A stretch of DNA of 64,000 nucleotides from the NCBI GenBank assembly GCA_965117025.1, contig OZ220746.1:2357650-2421649 (forward strand), read 5' to 3'. Under the pieces are notes generated by a model that worked only from the letters and a program-made list of their open reading frames with translations, ran no database searches and was not told the DNA's origin. Positions 10,489 to 19,111 of the stretch are shown in pieces (positions within the stretch are counted from its first letter, which is position 1; every line of letters begins with the position of its first letter). The DNA comes from Rhodothermales bacterium. GTDB lineage: Bacteria > Bacteroidota > Rhodothermia > Rhodothermales > VXPQ01. A program made the position numbers and the translations under genes.

Positions 10489-10527
10489 TGCGCGGGTAGG
10501 TGCGTGCACATTTAACTTTATCGTATT

Positions 10528-10562
10528 GCCGGGGGGCGCTTTGAGCGCTCCCCGGCTTTTTT
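10528..10562 (+). terminator. Rho-independent terminator after the SusD-like gene
   Basis: GCCGGGG-G-GCGC-TTTGA-GCGC-T-CCCCGGC nested stem followed by TTTTTT. Confidence 0.7.
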
Positions 10563-10604
10563 ATAGATCTCCTTGTTATATCACCTTTATAGATATTCTT
10601 TATA

Positions 10605-12944
10605 TCACCGCAGCACGTTCAGCAGCCGCGAGTACTTGATAATGATTGCCTGGTCTGTGAATTCCGGGTTGAAGGCTCCGAACTCCCTGTCCAGGTCATA
10701 GTCGGACGTGTGGTTGAAGACGATGAACAGGCCCGTTCCTGCTGATTGCAGCCACCCGAATCGCAAATTCATGGACCAGAGTTCTGCTGCACTGTTGTAC
10801 TGAAGCAGCGTTTGCAGATAGATGCGCGGAGTGAAGGAATACGAAAGCCGGGTACGCACCAGATTCGCGGTGAATTTGCCGCCCGGCAGGTCCACCCAGT
10901 TTTGACTCAGACCGATCTCCGTGTTGAATGCATCCCCCGCCCGTGCGCGGATGGTGGAAAGGATCGTCACGCGATCGCCTCCGAAGAATCCTCCCGCAAT
11001 AACCCGGGTGCTCAGGCTGAGCGGGAGGCTTTCGTCCGTGATGCCGACGATCATGGCTTCCCGGTGATGGTACGATTTCCTCGGCACCCACACGCCTTCA
11101 CTGATTTGAAAGGCTTCCCGGACGCCTTCGGTGGTGAAGTTGATGCCCGTGTGAATTTCCCAGCCGTTTTCCCACTCCCAGTGGTTGTCGATGTGCAGAA
11201 AACCTGTTTCGTACACCCTGTCGAACCCCCAGTACCCATAGTAGCTGACATGCGGGCGCAGTTCGTGAAAACGGAGGAAGTCGGGACGATACCGGTAAAA
11301 AACAAGGCCGTTAAGATACCGGTAGGCGGATGTCCGTTGCATAAAACCGAGTTCCGGATTGAAGTTGTCGGCTACTTCGGCATACGCCGCGTTCAGCATC
11401 CAGGCCTGGGAGTTGTAGTTGGCAGTTGCCCGGTACGCATAGTTTTTCCCCGACATACCCGGCGTCGCCGACAATGCCCCGAAACCCGATATGAAGCCAT
11501 ACTGTCCGATACCGAGCTGACCGTCCAGCGCGAATACGCGGTTGTAATCATTCTCGGCCGCCAGATCACCCACGCCCTGCCGGTTGGTAACAAGCACGCC
11601 GGCGAAGGTCCGGTTCGGAAACTCGCGCTTGAGGCGCGCCACGCTGAAATTATTCCCGGGAATCTCTTCTCCACCGAGTTGCCGGGTTTGCATATTGAGC
11701 ACCCCGATCCGGTAATCGCCCACCGAGCCGGAGAGGCGCGCGCCGCCGAGAATGGGTACCGCTACGCCGCCCGCGCCGATCCCGATGCGCCGGCTGAAGA
11801 ACAGGTCGATCTGCCCCGGCGCGCCCACTGAAAACACGCCGGCGTTCTCCAGGAAGAAGGGCCGTTTTTCCGGGAAGAAAAGATTGAAGCGGTCCAGATT
11901 GATTTGTTGCTCGTCCACCTCGACCTGGGCAAAGTCGGTGTTGTACGTGACGTCGAGCGTCATACTCGGGGTCAGGCTGTACTTCAGATCTATGCCGACA
12001 TCCCCTTCCGGGTCTGAATATTCCGAGGTGGTGTGCAACTCCGAGGAGTCGGTGGTGCGGGCGCCTTGTCCAAGCGCGTACGGGATGATTTGCAGATTGC
12101 GCGGCGCCTGGATGTCCAAACCTTTCAGTGTTCCGGCCAGCGAAACGCGCGCGAGCGTGTATTGCCGGGGAAGCGGGGCCCAGTAGGCGGTTTCGTTCCG
12201 GCGCCGGATGCGGCGTTCGAAGTTGATGCCCCACACCTGATTTTCCCCGGTCGCAAAGCGCAAGGTGCGCAGTGGAATGGCGAATTCGGCGCTCCATCCG
12301 TACGCTCCCGTTTCCGTGTGGACCGTCCATGCACCATCCCAGTTTACGTTCAGTCCGCCGCCCGAACCGCTTTGGTTGCGCGGGCCCTGGGAGAACCGCC
12401 CGCTGTTCTGGCCTTCGTTCGTTACCTGCGCATCGTATTCGATTCCAGCGGAGTTCGTACCGAAGATGAATCCGTTCTGGCGATCACGGTACGTGTCCAG
12501 AATGAGACTGAAACTGTCGGCCTCCTGTGGATCCGCATCCCGGCGGCTGTCCGACACGATGATCTGCGCCGGGTCGCGGTCATAGCACACGACCCCGACG
12601 TACAGGGTCTGTTCGGTGTACCGGATGCGGACCGCGGTCTGCTCGGAGGCCGGTTGCCCCTCGTTCGGGGTGATTTGGATAAATCCGGTGGCAGGTTCGA
12701 TGTCGGACCAGGCGGGGTCGCCCAGTACGTCGCCGTCGAGGGCGGGCAGGGCGTTGCTGTTGCTCTTAACCGCGCGTATTGCGGGGGCGGCGCCCGGAGA
12801 GCTATCGGCTGCGCTGTTATTGGTAGCGTAAGTCCCCGTCTGTTCTGCTTGCTGCGCCGTGGCGGGAAGCGCAAGGAGCAAGGTCAGAAAAAAGAAGAGA
12901 GACGCAAGCATTGCACGGCTTGCGAAGCGCATCCTGTGGTACAT
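10605..12944 (-). CDS. CBM9-like / DUF5916 domain outer-membrane-associated protein
   Basis: Signal peptide (MLASLFFFLTLLLALPATAQQ; alternative start 12932). N-terminal CBM9-like block (LDGDVLGDPAWSDIEPATGFIQITPNEGQPASEQTAVRIRYTEQTLYVGVVCYD), then a long beta-rich C-terminal region as in DUF5916 proteins. Family call is from recalled motifs. Confidence 0.75.
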   Translation of the reverse strand: MYHRMRFASRAMLASLFFFLTLLLALPATAQQAEQTGTYATNNSAADSSPGAAPAIRAVKSNSNALPALDGDVLGDPAWSDIEPATGFIQITPNEGQPASEQTAVRIRYTEQTLYVGVVCYDRDPAQIIVSDSRRDADPQEADSFSLILDTYRDRQNGFIFGTNSAGIEYDAQVTNEGQNSGRFSQGPRNQSGSGGGLNVNWDGAWTVHTETGAYGWSAEFAIPLRTLRFATGENQVWGINFERRIRRRNETAYWAPLPRQYTLARVSLAGTLKGLDIQAPRNLQIIPYALGQGARTTDSSELHTTSEYSDPEGDVGIDLKYSLTPSMTLDVTYNTDFAQVEVDEQQINLDRFNLFFPEKRPFFLENAGVFSVGAPGQIDLFFSRRIGIGAGGVAVPILGGARLSGSVGDYRIGVLNMQTRQLGGEEIPGNNFSVARLKREFPNRTFAGVLVTNRQGVGDLAAENDYNRVFALDGQLGIGQYGFISGFGALSATPGMSGKNYAYRATANYNSQAWMLNAAYAEVADNFNPELGFMQRTSAYRYLNGLVFYRYRPDFLRFHELRPHVSYYGYWGFDRVYETGFLHIDNHWEWENGWEIHTGINFTTEGVREAFQISEGVWVPRKSYHHREAMIVGITDESLPLSLSTRVIAGGFFGGDRVTILSTIRARAGDAFNTEIGLSQNWVDLPGGKFTANLVRTRLSYSFTPRIYLQTLLQYNSAAELWSMNLRFGWLQSAGTGLFIVFNHTSDYDLDREFGAFNPEFTDQAIIIKYSRLLNVLR

Positions 12945-13205
12945 GGAGGGTAGCCGGAAAAGATCAGAGAGGAAGATGCAGAAAAAAGCCGGAAATACAG
13001 AAAATACAACTATGAAATATAACGCAAACGCAGCTGGATATGTATTTTATCGGTTACAAATAAAAGAAGCATGTCATGGAATGCGGAACCGATATTTGGG
13101 GTCTAATCATATGACCTTGGCGCCGCCATGGCTTTCGCCTGGAAATTTGCGCATCGACGAAACAGGATATATCGGGCAATCTTTTTCCTTGAAACTGTGG
13201 TCTCC

Positions 13206-15854
13206 ATGCAACGTGATGCACTGATTTTCTCACATGTTTCGGCATTCGTTGCGGCTGTGTTCGCCGTATGCATCCTGCCGCCTGCCTTCCAGGTCACGGC
13301 CCAGACGAGTGCGCCGCCCTTTCCGATAGAGCGGGAAAACGAGGGCGTCATGCAGGCCCTGTTTGTCGAAGAAGAAATCGCTCTCGACGGCATATTGGAC
13401 GAAGCGGTCTGGCAAAAGGCCGTCGCCGTATCCGGTTTCAGGCAATACGAACCTGTGGACGGCGCCCCGGCATTTCAGGAAACGGAAGTTCGTGTCTTGT
13501 ATGGTGCGAATAATCTCTACGTCGGGGCATTGCTCCATGACGAGGAACCGGGGGCTATTGAAAGGGCATTGGGGCGGCGGGACGATTTCAATCGGGCCGA
13601 CTGGTTTCTGGTGGCTGTAGACGCCTATTTCGACCGGCGCACCGCCTATGTCTTTGGCGTGAATGCGGCCGGCGTACAATTCGATGCGCTTCAGACGGGA
13701 ACCGGAGCAACCGGCGGCGGGCCGGGTGGCGGCGGCGGTGGCGGCGGGCCGGGTGGCGGCGGCGGAGGTAATAATGCGCCCCGAGGCATGGATCCTTCCT
13801 GGGATGCCGTATGGTATTCGGATGTACGCACCACGCAAGAGGGGTGGGTTGTGGAGATGCGCATTCCATATAGCATGCTGCGTTTCTCGGAGGCGCCCAC
13901 GCAAACATGGGGAGTTCAATTCACGCGCAGGATTCCCCGGCTCGGCGAACAATCGGAGTGGCCCCATGTGCCCCGCACGGAGCGGACCAACCTGGTGGCC
14001 CAATTTGGTCGTCTGGAAGGCATTCGGGATGTGAAGCCCCGGCGCAATGTACAAATCATACCCTATACCGTCACCGGGGTGAACACCCTCGAAAGCGAGG
14101 AGGTTGCCGGAAAACGGGCAAGCAGCCGCACCTTCGATGTGGGCGGGGATATGAAGATAGGTCTCGGTACGAACGTTACGCTGGATGCGACGATCAATCC
14201 GGATTTTGGTCAGGTCGAGGCCGACCCGGCGGTATTGAATCTCACGGCCTTCGAAACCTTTTTCCAGGAGCGGCGCCCTTTCTTCGTGGAGGGCATCAAT
14301 ATCTACGAATTTTCCGTCGGCCCCGGACGGCTTCTGTATACGCGCCGGATAGGGGCGGATGCCCCCATTATTGGCGCCACGAAGCTTTCCGGACGCACAG
14401 GCTCAGGTCTTTCCTTTGGCGTGTTGGGCGCCGCGACGGGATCCGATTTCAGTCCTTCGCGAGGGTATGGCGTCGGACGGGCGAGCCAGCAAATCGGATC
14501 CTATTCGAGCGTGGGGGGCATCGTAACCCTGTTCGAAGGATCCAATGTGGGCGGGAACCACTTGCGAAGCCTGGCGGCAGGTGCGGACTGGGATCTCCGG
14601 TTTCTCGAAAACCGGTACGGCATCGAGGGGTTTTTTGCGCTTACGAACCGAAACCGGATCGATGCGGATATCGGCGGAGAGACCGGGTTCGCCAGCAAGC
14701 TATGGGCGCGCAAACGACAGGGGGCCTGGTATGGGTTCGCAGGGCTGGATGTATTCAGCGACGCCTTTAATCCAAACGATATAGGCCAACTTCGCGAGAC
14801 CAATTTCATTGCGCTGCTCTCCTCCATGCAGCACCAGGTCAATGGTGGAAGGCCCTTTGGCCCTTTCTCGCGAGCCGGAGCGCGTATCTTCTTCGTTCAG
14901 GAATTCTCCTACCGGGAAGGGCTGGATCTCGGACAGCGCCTGGATTTTGGTTCCCGGTGGACGCTCCGCGGTTTCCAGTCCATCATTTTTGGCCTTGAAT
15001 ATGAAAATCCGTTCGGGGGGTACGATTTGTACGAGACACGCGGACTGCTGCCCTGGTCTCCACCAGGGAGTTTTGCCATTCAAGGGCGGTTCCAAACCGA
15101 CGAAAGACGGAACTGGCAAATCGAGCCGGGACTGGATTTAGCATTTTACGGCGATGGAGGCACAGAATCGGAAGTCAGCCTCGAAGGACAATGGAATGCC
15201 AGTAATCGTTTGTCGTTGTCTGCCCAAATAGAAGGCGAGTGGGAACGCGATGTGCTGGCCTGGTCCGCAAACGAAACCTTGCTGCGCTCCGGGGCTGGTT
15301 GGCGCATCGGGCGGGAAGCGTCTTCACCGTCCGGTTTGACTGATGCGGATTTTGTAGCGTTCGATGATCACGGAACGCTGGACGCCATTCTCGCCGGTGT
15401 CGATCCCACAGGCGTCGACCAGTATTATGTATCCGTGTTTGGCGCGAGGGATACGCGTTCGGCGGACATTACGCTGCGCGGCACGTTTACCCTGACACCC
15501 AAGTTGTCTTTGCAGCTCTACAGTCAGCTTTTCGCGGCGAGGGGACGCTACGACCGTTTCCGGATTCAACAGGATCGGGACCACCTGACTGACTTTGATG
15601 CCTATCCGAAGCGCGATGAATTTGCATTCAGCAGCCTGAACTCCAATCTCGTGCTGCGCTGGGAATACCGTCCCGGCTCTGTACTGTTCGTTGTCTGGAC
15701 GCATGGCAGAGAAGCGGAAGACATATTGAATCCTCTCGCACCTATGATCCGTTCGCCTTACGATCGTTCGATCAACGATCAATTCAGCAACACCTTCGAT
15801 GTCTTTCCCGAGAACGCCTTCCTGATCAAGCTGAATTACAACTTCCTGAATTAG
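13206..15854 (+). CDS. CBM9-like / DUF5916 domain protein (divergent paralog) with a poly-Gly insert
   Basis: ORF 13128..15854, with the start moved to ATG 13206 (MQRDALIFSHVSAFVAAVFAVCILPPAFQVTAQT). Same architecture as 10605..12944 (LDGILDEAVWQKAVAVSGFRQYEPVDGAPAFQETEVRVLYGANNLYVGALLHD). Contains GGGPGGGGGGGGPGGGGGGNN. Confidence 0.75.
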   Translation: MQRDALIFSHVSAFVAAVFAVCILPPAFQVTAQTSAPPFPIERENEGVMQALFVEEEIALDGILDEAVWQKAVAVSGFRQYEPVDGAPAFQETEVRVLYGANNLYVGALLHDEEPGAIERALGRRDDFNRADWFLVAVDAYFDRRTAYVFGVNAAGVQFDALQTGTGATGGGPGGGGGGGGPGGGGGGNNAPRGMDPSWDAVWYSDVRTTQEGWVVEMRIPYSMLRFSEAPTQTWGVQFTRRIPRLGEQSEWPHVPRTERTNLVAQFGRLEGIRDVKPRRNVQIIPYTVTGVNTLESEEVAGKRASSRTFDVGGDMKIGLGTNVTLDATINPDFGQVEADPAVLNLTAFETFFQERRPFFVEGINIYEFSVGPGRLLYTRRIGADAPIIGATKLSGRTGSGLSFGVLGAATGSDFSPSRGYGVGRASQQIGSYSSVGGIVTLFEGSNVGGNHLRSLAAGADWDLRFLENRYGIEGFFALTNRNRIDADIGGETGFASKLWARKRQGAWYGFAGLDVFSDAFNPNDIGQLRETNFIALLSSMQHQVNGGRPFGPFSRAGARIFFVQEFSYREGLDLGQRLDFGSRWTLRGFQSIIFGLEYENPFGGYDLYETRGLLPWSPPGSFAIQGRFQTDERRNWQIEPGLDLAFYGDGGTESEVSLEGQWNASNRLSLSAQIEGEWERDVLAWSANETLLRSGAGWRIGREASSPSGLTDADFVAFDDHGTLDAILAGVDPTGVDQYYVSVFGARDTRSADITLRGTFTLTPKLSLQLYSQLFAARGRYDRFRIQQDRDHLTDFDAYPKRDEFAFSSLNSNLVLRWEYRPGSVLFVVWTHGREAEDILNPLAPMIRSPYDRSINDQFSNTFDVFPENAFLIKLNYNFLN
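13713..13766 (+). repeat. 27-bp tandem duplication (x2) encoding the GGGPGGGGG low-complexity insert
   Basis: 13713..13739 ggcggcgggccgggtggcggcggcggt and 13740..13766 ggcggcgggccgggtggcggcggcgga differ only at the last base. Confidence 0.9.
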
Positions 15855-16121
15855 GGCCTGTTAATACTATGCAGCGGCGCTCTGCGGGGCCTGTTTTCCT
15901 GTCAGGTCAGGCGCCGCGAGCGCATTGTGGCCCAGCCACATAAGCGAGCGGCAACGCCGCATGGCGGGAAAAGAGGCCCCGCCCTTCGGGTTCCGCCGGT
16001 CACGGCGTCACTCTTCGTTGCTCGTCGCTCATTTGGAATCACCAAACTTCACTCCTCGCGCCTTGATTGACGCCGTGCCTGACGAAACAGAGCATTGCTG
16101 CATAGTATTAACAGGCCCTAA
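15851..16121. mobile_element. MITE-like element: 271 bp bounded by perfect 25-bp terminal inverted repeats
   Basis: 15851..15875 ttagggcctgttaatactatgcagc is the exact reverse complement of 16097..16121 gctgcatagtattaacaggccctaa. Subterminal regions show weaker complementarity (gctctg / gtcagg / ggcgc blocks). There is no credible ORF inside. Flanking TA on both sides could be a TA target duplication. Confidence 0.5.
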
Positions 16122-16176
16122 TGGCTATTTTGAAGTCGAGGGGTATTGCAATCTGTCCTATCCTCGGCTCTACTGC

Positions 16177-16815
16177 ATGAAAACGTGGATTGTGTCGCTT
16201 GTTGGTGTTTTAATCGTCGGCGTTACCGGCGATCAATCTTCTCATGCGCAACCCGTACCCATTGAATTTATGGCCGGTCAGCGCTATGCATCAGCCAATG
16301 TGGTGATGAGCAAAAAATTCAATACGGATTCCAATATTGGTTTTTTTCACGTGAATAGCCTCACAATGGACTATGATGATAAAAGCAATGATAATTTAGT
16401 CGTGCAGAATATGTTGTTTTACGAACTGCCAGGAAATTTCCGGATTACGGGAGGCGCCGCGTATGCGACCAAGCCCGGATTCAGTCCCGCTGCAGGATTG
16501 CAATATATCCATGCAGGACCGCATTGGTTTATTCTTTTTTCTCCTCGTATTACCGTTGAAAGCGATCCTTCCTATACAATGTTCGCCATCGCGAGATATG
16601 CCGTCGGAATAAACGAAAAATACAATTTCTATGCCTCTCTACAGGCAGTGAACGTGTTTGATGCAAGCGAGCATATTACCAGTTCTCAATGGATGCGCGC
16701 AGGGCTGGATCGTCACGGTCTGCAGTTTGGGGTAGCTGTCAATTTCGATGAAGCCGGCCCGGCTCCGAAGGTGAAACTTAACGCCGGGTTGTTTATACGC
16801 CGCGAAATATTTTAA
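16177..16815 (+). CDS. Hypothetical small outer-membrane beta-barrel-like protein
   Basis: ORF 15925..16815 trimmed to ATG 16177 ([25 protein letters not shown] signal). The upstream 84 codons run through the inverted-repeat element. Alternating beta-strand-like pattern and a C-terminal ...IRREIF (terminal Phe, as in OMPs). No family recognised. Confidence 0.55.
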   Translation: MKTWIVSLVGVLIVGVTGDQSSHAQPVPIEFMAGQRYASANVVMSKKFNTDSNIGFFHVNSLTMDYDDKSNDNLVVQNMLFYELPGNFRITGGAAYATKPGFSPAAGLQYIHAGPHWFILFSPRITVESDPSYTMFAIARYAVGINEKYNFYASLQAVNVFDASEHITSSQWMRAGLDRHGLQFGVAVNFDEAGPAPKVKLNAGLFIRREIF

Positions 16816-16847
16816 CCGTACCGCTTGCCGAACGGAGGGGCATTCCG

Positions 16848-17738
16848 ATGAAGAACATTGAAAACGGGCAGTTGGGTCAGGAGGTGTTTGATCTTTTCGA
16901 TCGCTATGTCCATGGCAAGATCGATCGCCGCGAGTTCATGGAACGGGTTTCCCGGTATGCCGTGGGCGGGCTTACCGTCGCAGCCATTATCGATTACCTG
17001 TCCCCGGACTATGCCGCTGCGCAACAGGTAAGGGCGGGGGATCCGCGTCTGGATGAAGAATACGTCGAGTATGATTCACCGAAGGGCGGGGGCAGGATGC
17101 GGGGCCTGTTGTCCATGCCGGTCGGCAATGAATCCAGGTTGCCGGGTGTGGTGGTGGTGCATGAAAACCGGGGACTCAATCCGCACATAGAGGATGTGTG
17201 CAGAAGGGCGGGGCTGGCTGATTTTATCGCCCTGGCCCCGGATGCGCTAACGCCGCTTGGCGGGTATCCCGGCAACGACGATGACGGGAGGGTCCTGCAA
17301 CGGGAACGGGACCGCGAAGAGATGCTGGAAGATTTTATCGCGGCCTATGAATATCTGAAAGCCCATCCCGCATGCAGCGGCAACGTGGGTGTCGTCGGAT
17401 TCTGTTTCGGCGGATGGATTTCCAACATGATGGCGGTGCGGGCGCCGGGGCTGCTTGCGGCGGTTCCTTTCTACGGCGGGCAGCCTGCTGCGGAAGAAGT
17501 ATCCTCGATCCAGGCTCCGCTGGTTCTTCATTTTGCAGGGCTTGACGCGCGGGTGAATGCAGGATGGCCGGCGTACGAGGCCGCATTGATGGAGCACCAG
17601 AAGGAATATACGGCCCACTTCTACCCGAATGTGAACCACGGCTTCCACAATGACACCACTCCGCGCTATGATGAGGAAGCCGCCAGACTGGCCTGGAAAA
17701 GGACCATTGATTTCTTCAATGAGCGGCTGCGCGGATAA
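16848..17738 (+). CDS. Dienelactone hydrolase family protein
   Basis: N-terminal [23 protein letters not shown] (Tat-like region typical of this family), [32 protein letters not shown], and nucleophile-elbow-like [10 protein letters not shown]. Confidence 0.85.
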   Translation: MKNIENGQLGQEVFDLFDRYVHGKIDRREFMERVSRYAVGGLTVAAIIDYLSPDYAAAQQVRAGDPRLDEEYVEYDSPKGGGRMRGLLSMPVGNESRLPGVVVVHENRGLNPHIEDVCRRAGLADFIALAPDALTPLGGYPGNDDDGRVLQRERDREEMLEDFIAAYEYLKAHPACSGNVGVVGFCFGGWISNMMAVRAPGLLAAVPFYGGQPAAEEVSSIQAPLVLHFAGLDARVNAGWPAYEAALMEHQKEYTAHFYPNVNHGFHNDTTPRYDEEAARLAWKRTIDFFNERLRG

Positions 17739-17752
17739 GGTGCTATCCGTTA

Positions 17753-18280
17753 CTATTCTTCCTCTTCTTCGGGTTGGCGTTGGCCGAGTTCACGGTCGAG
17801 CAGGAAAAGGCTGGCGCCGGAATCGCCGACGAGGCGCAGGTCGTCGATGATGTCGCGGGCGGATTCTTCCTCTTCTATCTGTTCGTCGACAAACCATTGC
17901 AGCAGCGTCTGCGAGGCATAATCGCGTTCTTTGCTTGAGAGCGCGTAGAGGTCGTTGATGCGCCGGGTGATGTACTGTTCGTGCTTCAGGACGAGTTCGA
18001 AGATTTCGAGGGGCGTCTCGGCTTCGTATACCGGCATCGGCAGTGCCTTCAACTGCACGACCCCATCGCGCTGGAGAAGATAATCGTAGAACTTGAGGGC
18101 GTGCTGTGTTTCTTCCTGCCACTGCAAACGCAGCCAGTGCGCAAAGCCCTTGAGGTTGAGTTGCTCCATGCGCGCTGCCAAAGCCAGGTACAGATAGGCG
18201 GATTCCAATTCAGCCTGGATCTGATCGTTGATGGCGTCCTGCATGGTTTGGCTGATCGAAGACGATTTCGTTGTTTGCAT
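17753..18280 (-). CDS. Ferritin (non-heme, Ftn-type)
   Basis: Ferritin-like di-iron motifs (INDQIQAELESAYLYLALAARM, QEETQHALKFYDYLLQRDG, LEIFELVLKHEQYIT). Acidic tail PEEEEE. Confidence 0.85.
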   Translation of the reverse strand: MQTTKSSSISQTMQDAINDQIQAELESAYLYLALAARMEQLNLKGFAHWLRLQWQEETQHALKFYDYLLQRDGVVQLKALPMPVYEAETPLEIFELVLKHEQYITRRINDLYALSSKERDYASQTLLQWFVDEQIEEEESARDIIDDLRLVGDSGASLFLLDRELGQRQPEEEEE

Positions 18281-18567
18281 GGAAATGGTCCGTAAGGGTT
18301 GGATAGTGCTTTACGTGTACTGTCGCGTCACGCCATGTTGCTTTGGCGAGCGGTTTTCGTTAGGCTCTGGAAGAATACGTCGGCGGGCGTTCGGCTGTCA
18401 AGCCCCTGCGGAGCGTTTGTGCTGCCGTTGCACATCCACAGGATTCGGTGCACCTACCCGTTTAATTTTGAAGATTTTGTGAAGAGGCATGGCCGCCGGG
18501 CTATTTATTTGTATTAAGTCTAAATTGACAGCGCTTTATCAGGTTCTGTATTTACGAAAACGAATTC

Positions 18568-18795
18568 ATGGCGCCCCTGACCAGCTTCGGCAACGGCAGC
18601 GATATCGAACTGGCCTTTTTAGGCCTTGAGCCGGCCACTGCACAGCGTGTGCGCGAACTGGGCCTGCGCGAAGGAGCGCACGTCGCCATCCTGCAAAACT
18701 CCGACAAGTTGATTGTTCGCGTGTCCGGGAGCCGCATCGGCCTTCGGCGCGAACTGGCCATGCGCATCTTCGGAAGTCCGGCCGTCGCGTTATGA
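18568..18795 (+). CDS. feoA: FeoA domain protein (first of two)
   Basis: 75 aa with an SH3-like FeoA pattern (RVRELGLREGAHVAILQNSDKLIVRVSGSRIGLRRELAMRIF). Overlaps the next feoA by 4 nt (ATGA). Confidence 0.8.
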   Translation: MAPLTSFGNGSDIELAFLGLEPATAQRVRELGLREGAHVAILQNSDKLIVRVSGSRIGLRRELAMRIFGSPAVAL

Positions 18796-19013
18796 CACTG
18801 AAAGAACTTGAGCCCGGACAGTGTGGTATCGTGACCGGCTTTGCAGGTCCTGACCCGCCCGACCGTCTGTTGGAGATGGGCCTGTTGTCCGGTACGCGTG
18901 TCGAAGTCGTACGGTATGCTCCACTGGGTGATCCCATAGACCTGAAAGTGCGCGGATATCACCTCTCGATCCGCAAGCATGAAGCTGCGATGATCCGCGT
19001 TGAGCGAGCATGA
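18792..19013 (+). CDS. feoA: FeoA domain protein (second of two)
   Basis: Classical FeoA sequence (LKELEPGQCGIVTGF...RLLEMGLLSGTRVEVVRYAPLGDPIDLKVRGYHLSIRKHEAAMIRVE). Confidence 0.8.
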   Translation: MTLKELEPGQCGIVTGFAGPDPPDRLLEMGLLSGTRVEVVRYAPLGDPIDLKVRGYHLSIRKHEAAMIRVERA

Positions 19014-19111
19014 GCCTGTCCGTAAAGGATGGTGGGGTGAGGAGAAGATAGCCGACATCCGGCATTTGCAATTTTCTGGTTCAATATCCCGATCCGGGGT
19101 TATCATTTCCG

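Noticed and set aside
12859-13224. 121-aa ORF in the spacer between the divergent DUF5916 genes.
   Set aside because: It has no signal or motif and overlaps both gene starts and promoter regions. Its composition is not protein-like.
15925-16176. 84-codon N-terminal extension of ORF 15925..16815.
   Set aside because: The extension runs through the inverted-repeat element and has Arg-rich, non-protein-like composition. A proper signal peptide begins at ATG 16177.
18281-18567. Fur box or clear promoter in the ferritin/feoA divergent spacer.
   Set aside because: A TTGACA (18525..18530) with a weak TATTTA 18 nt downstream is present. I found no convincing match to the GATAATGATAATCATTATC-type Fur consensus, so this is too weak to call.
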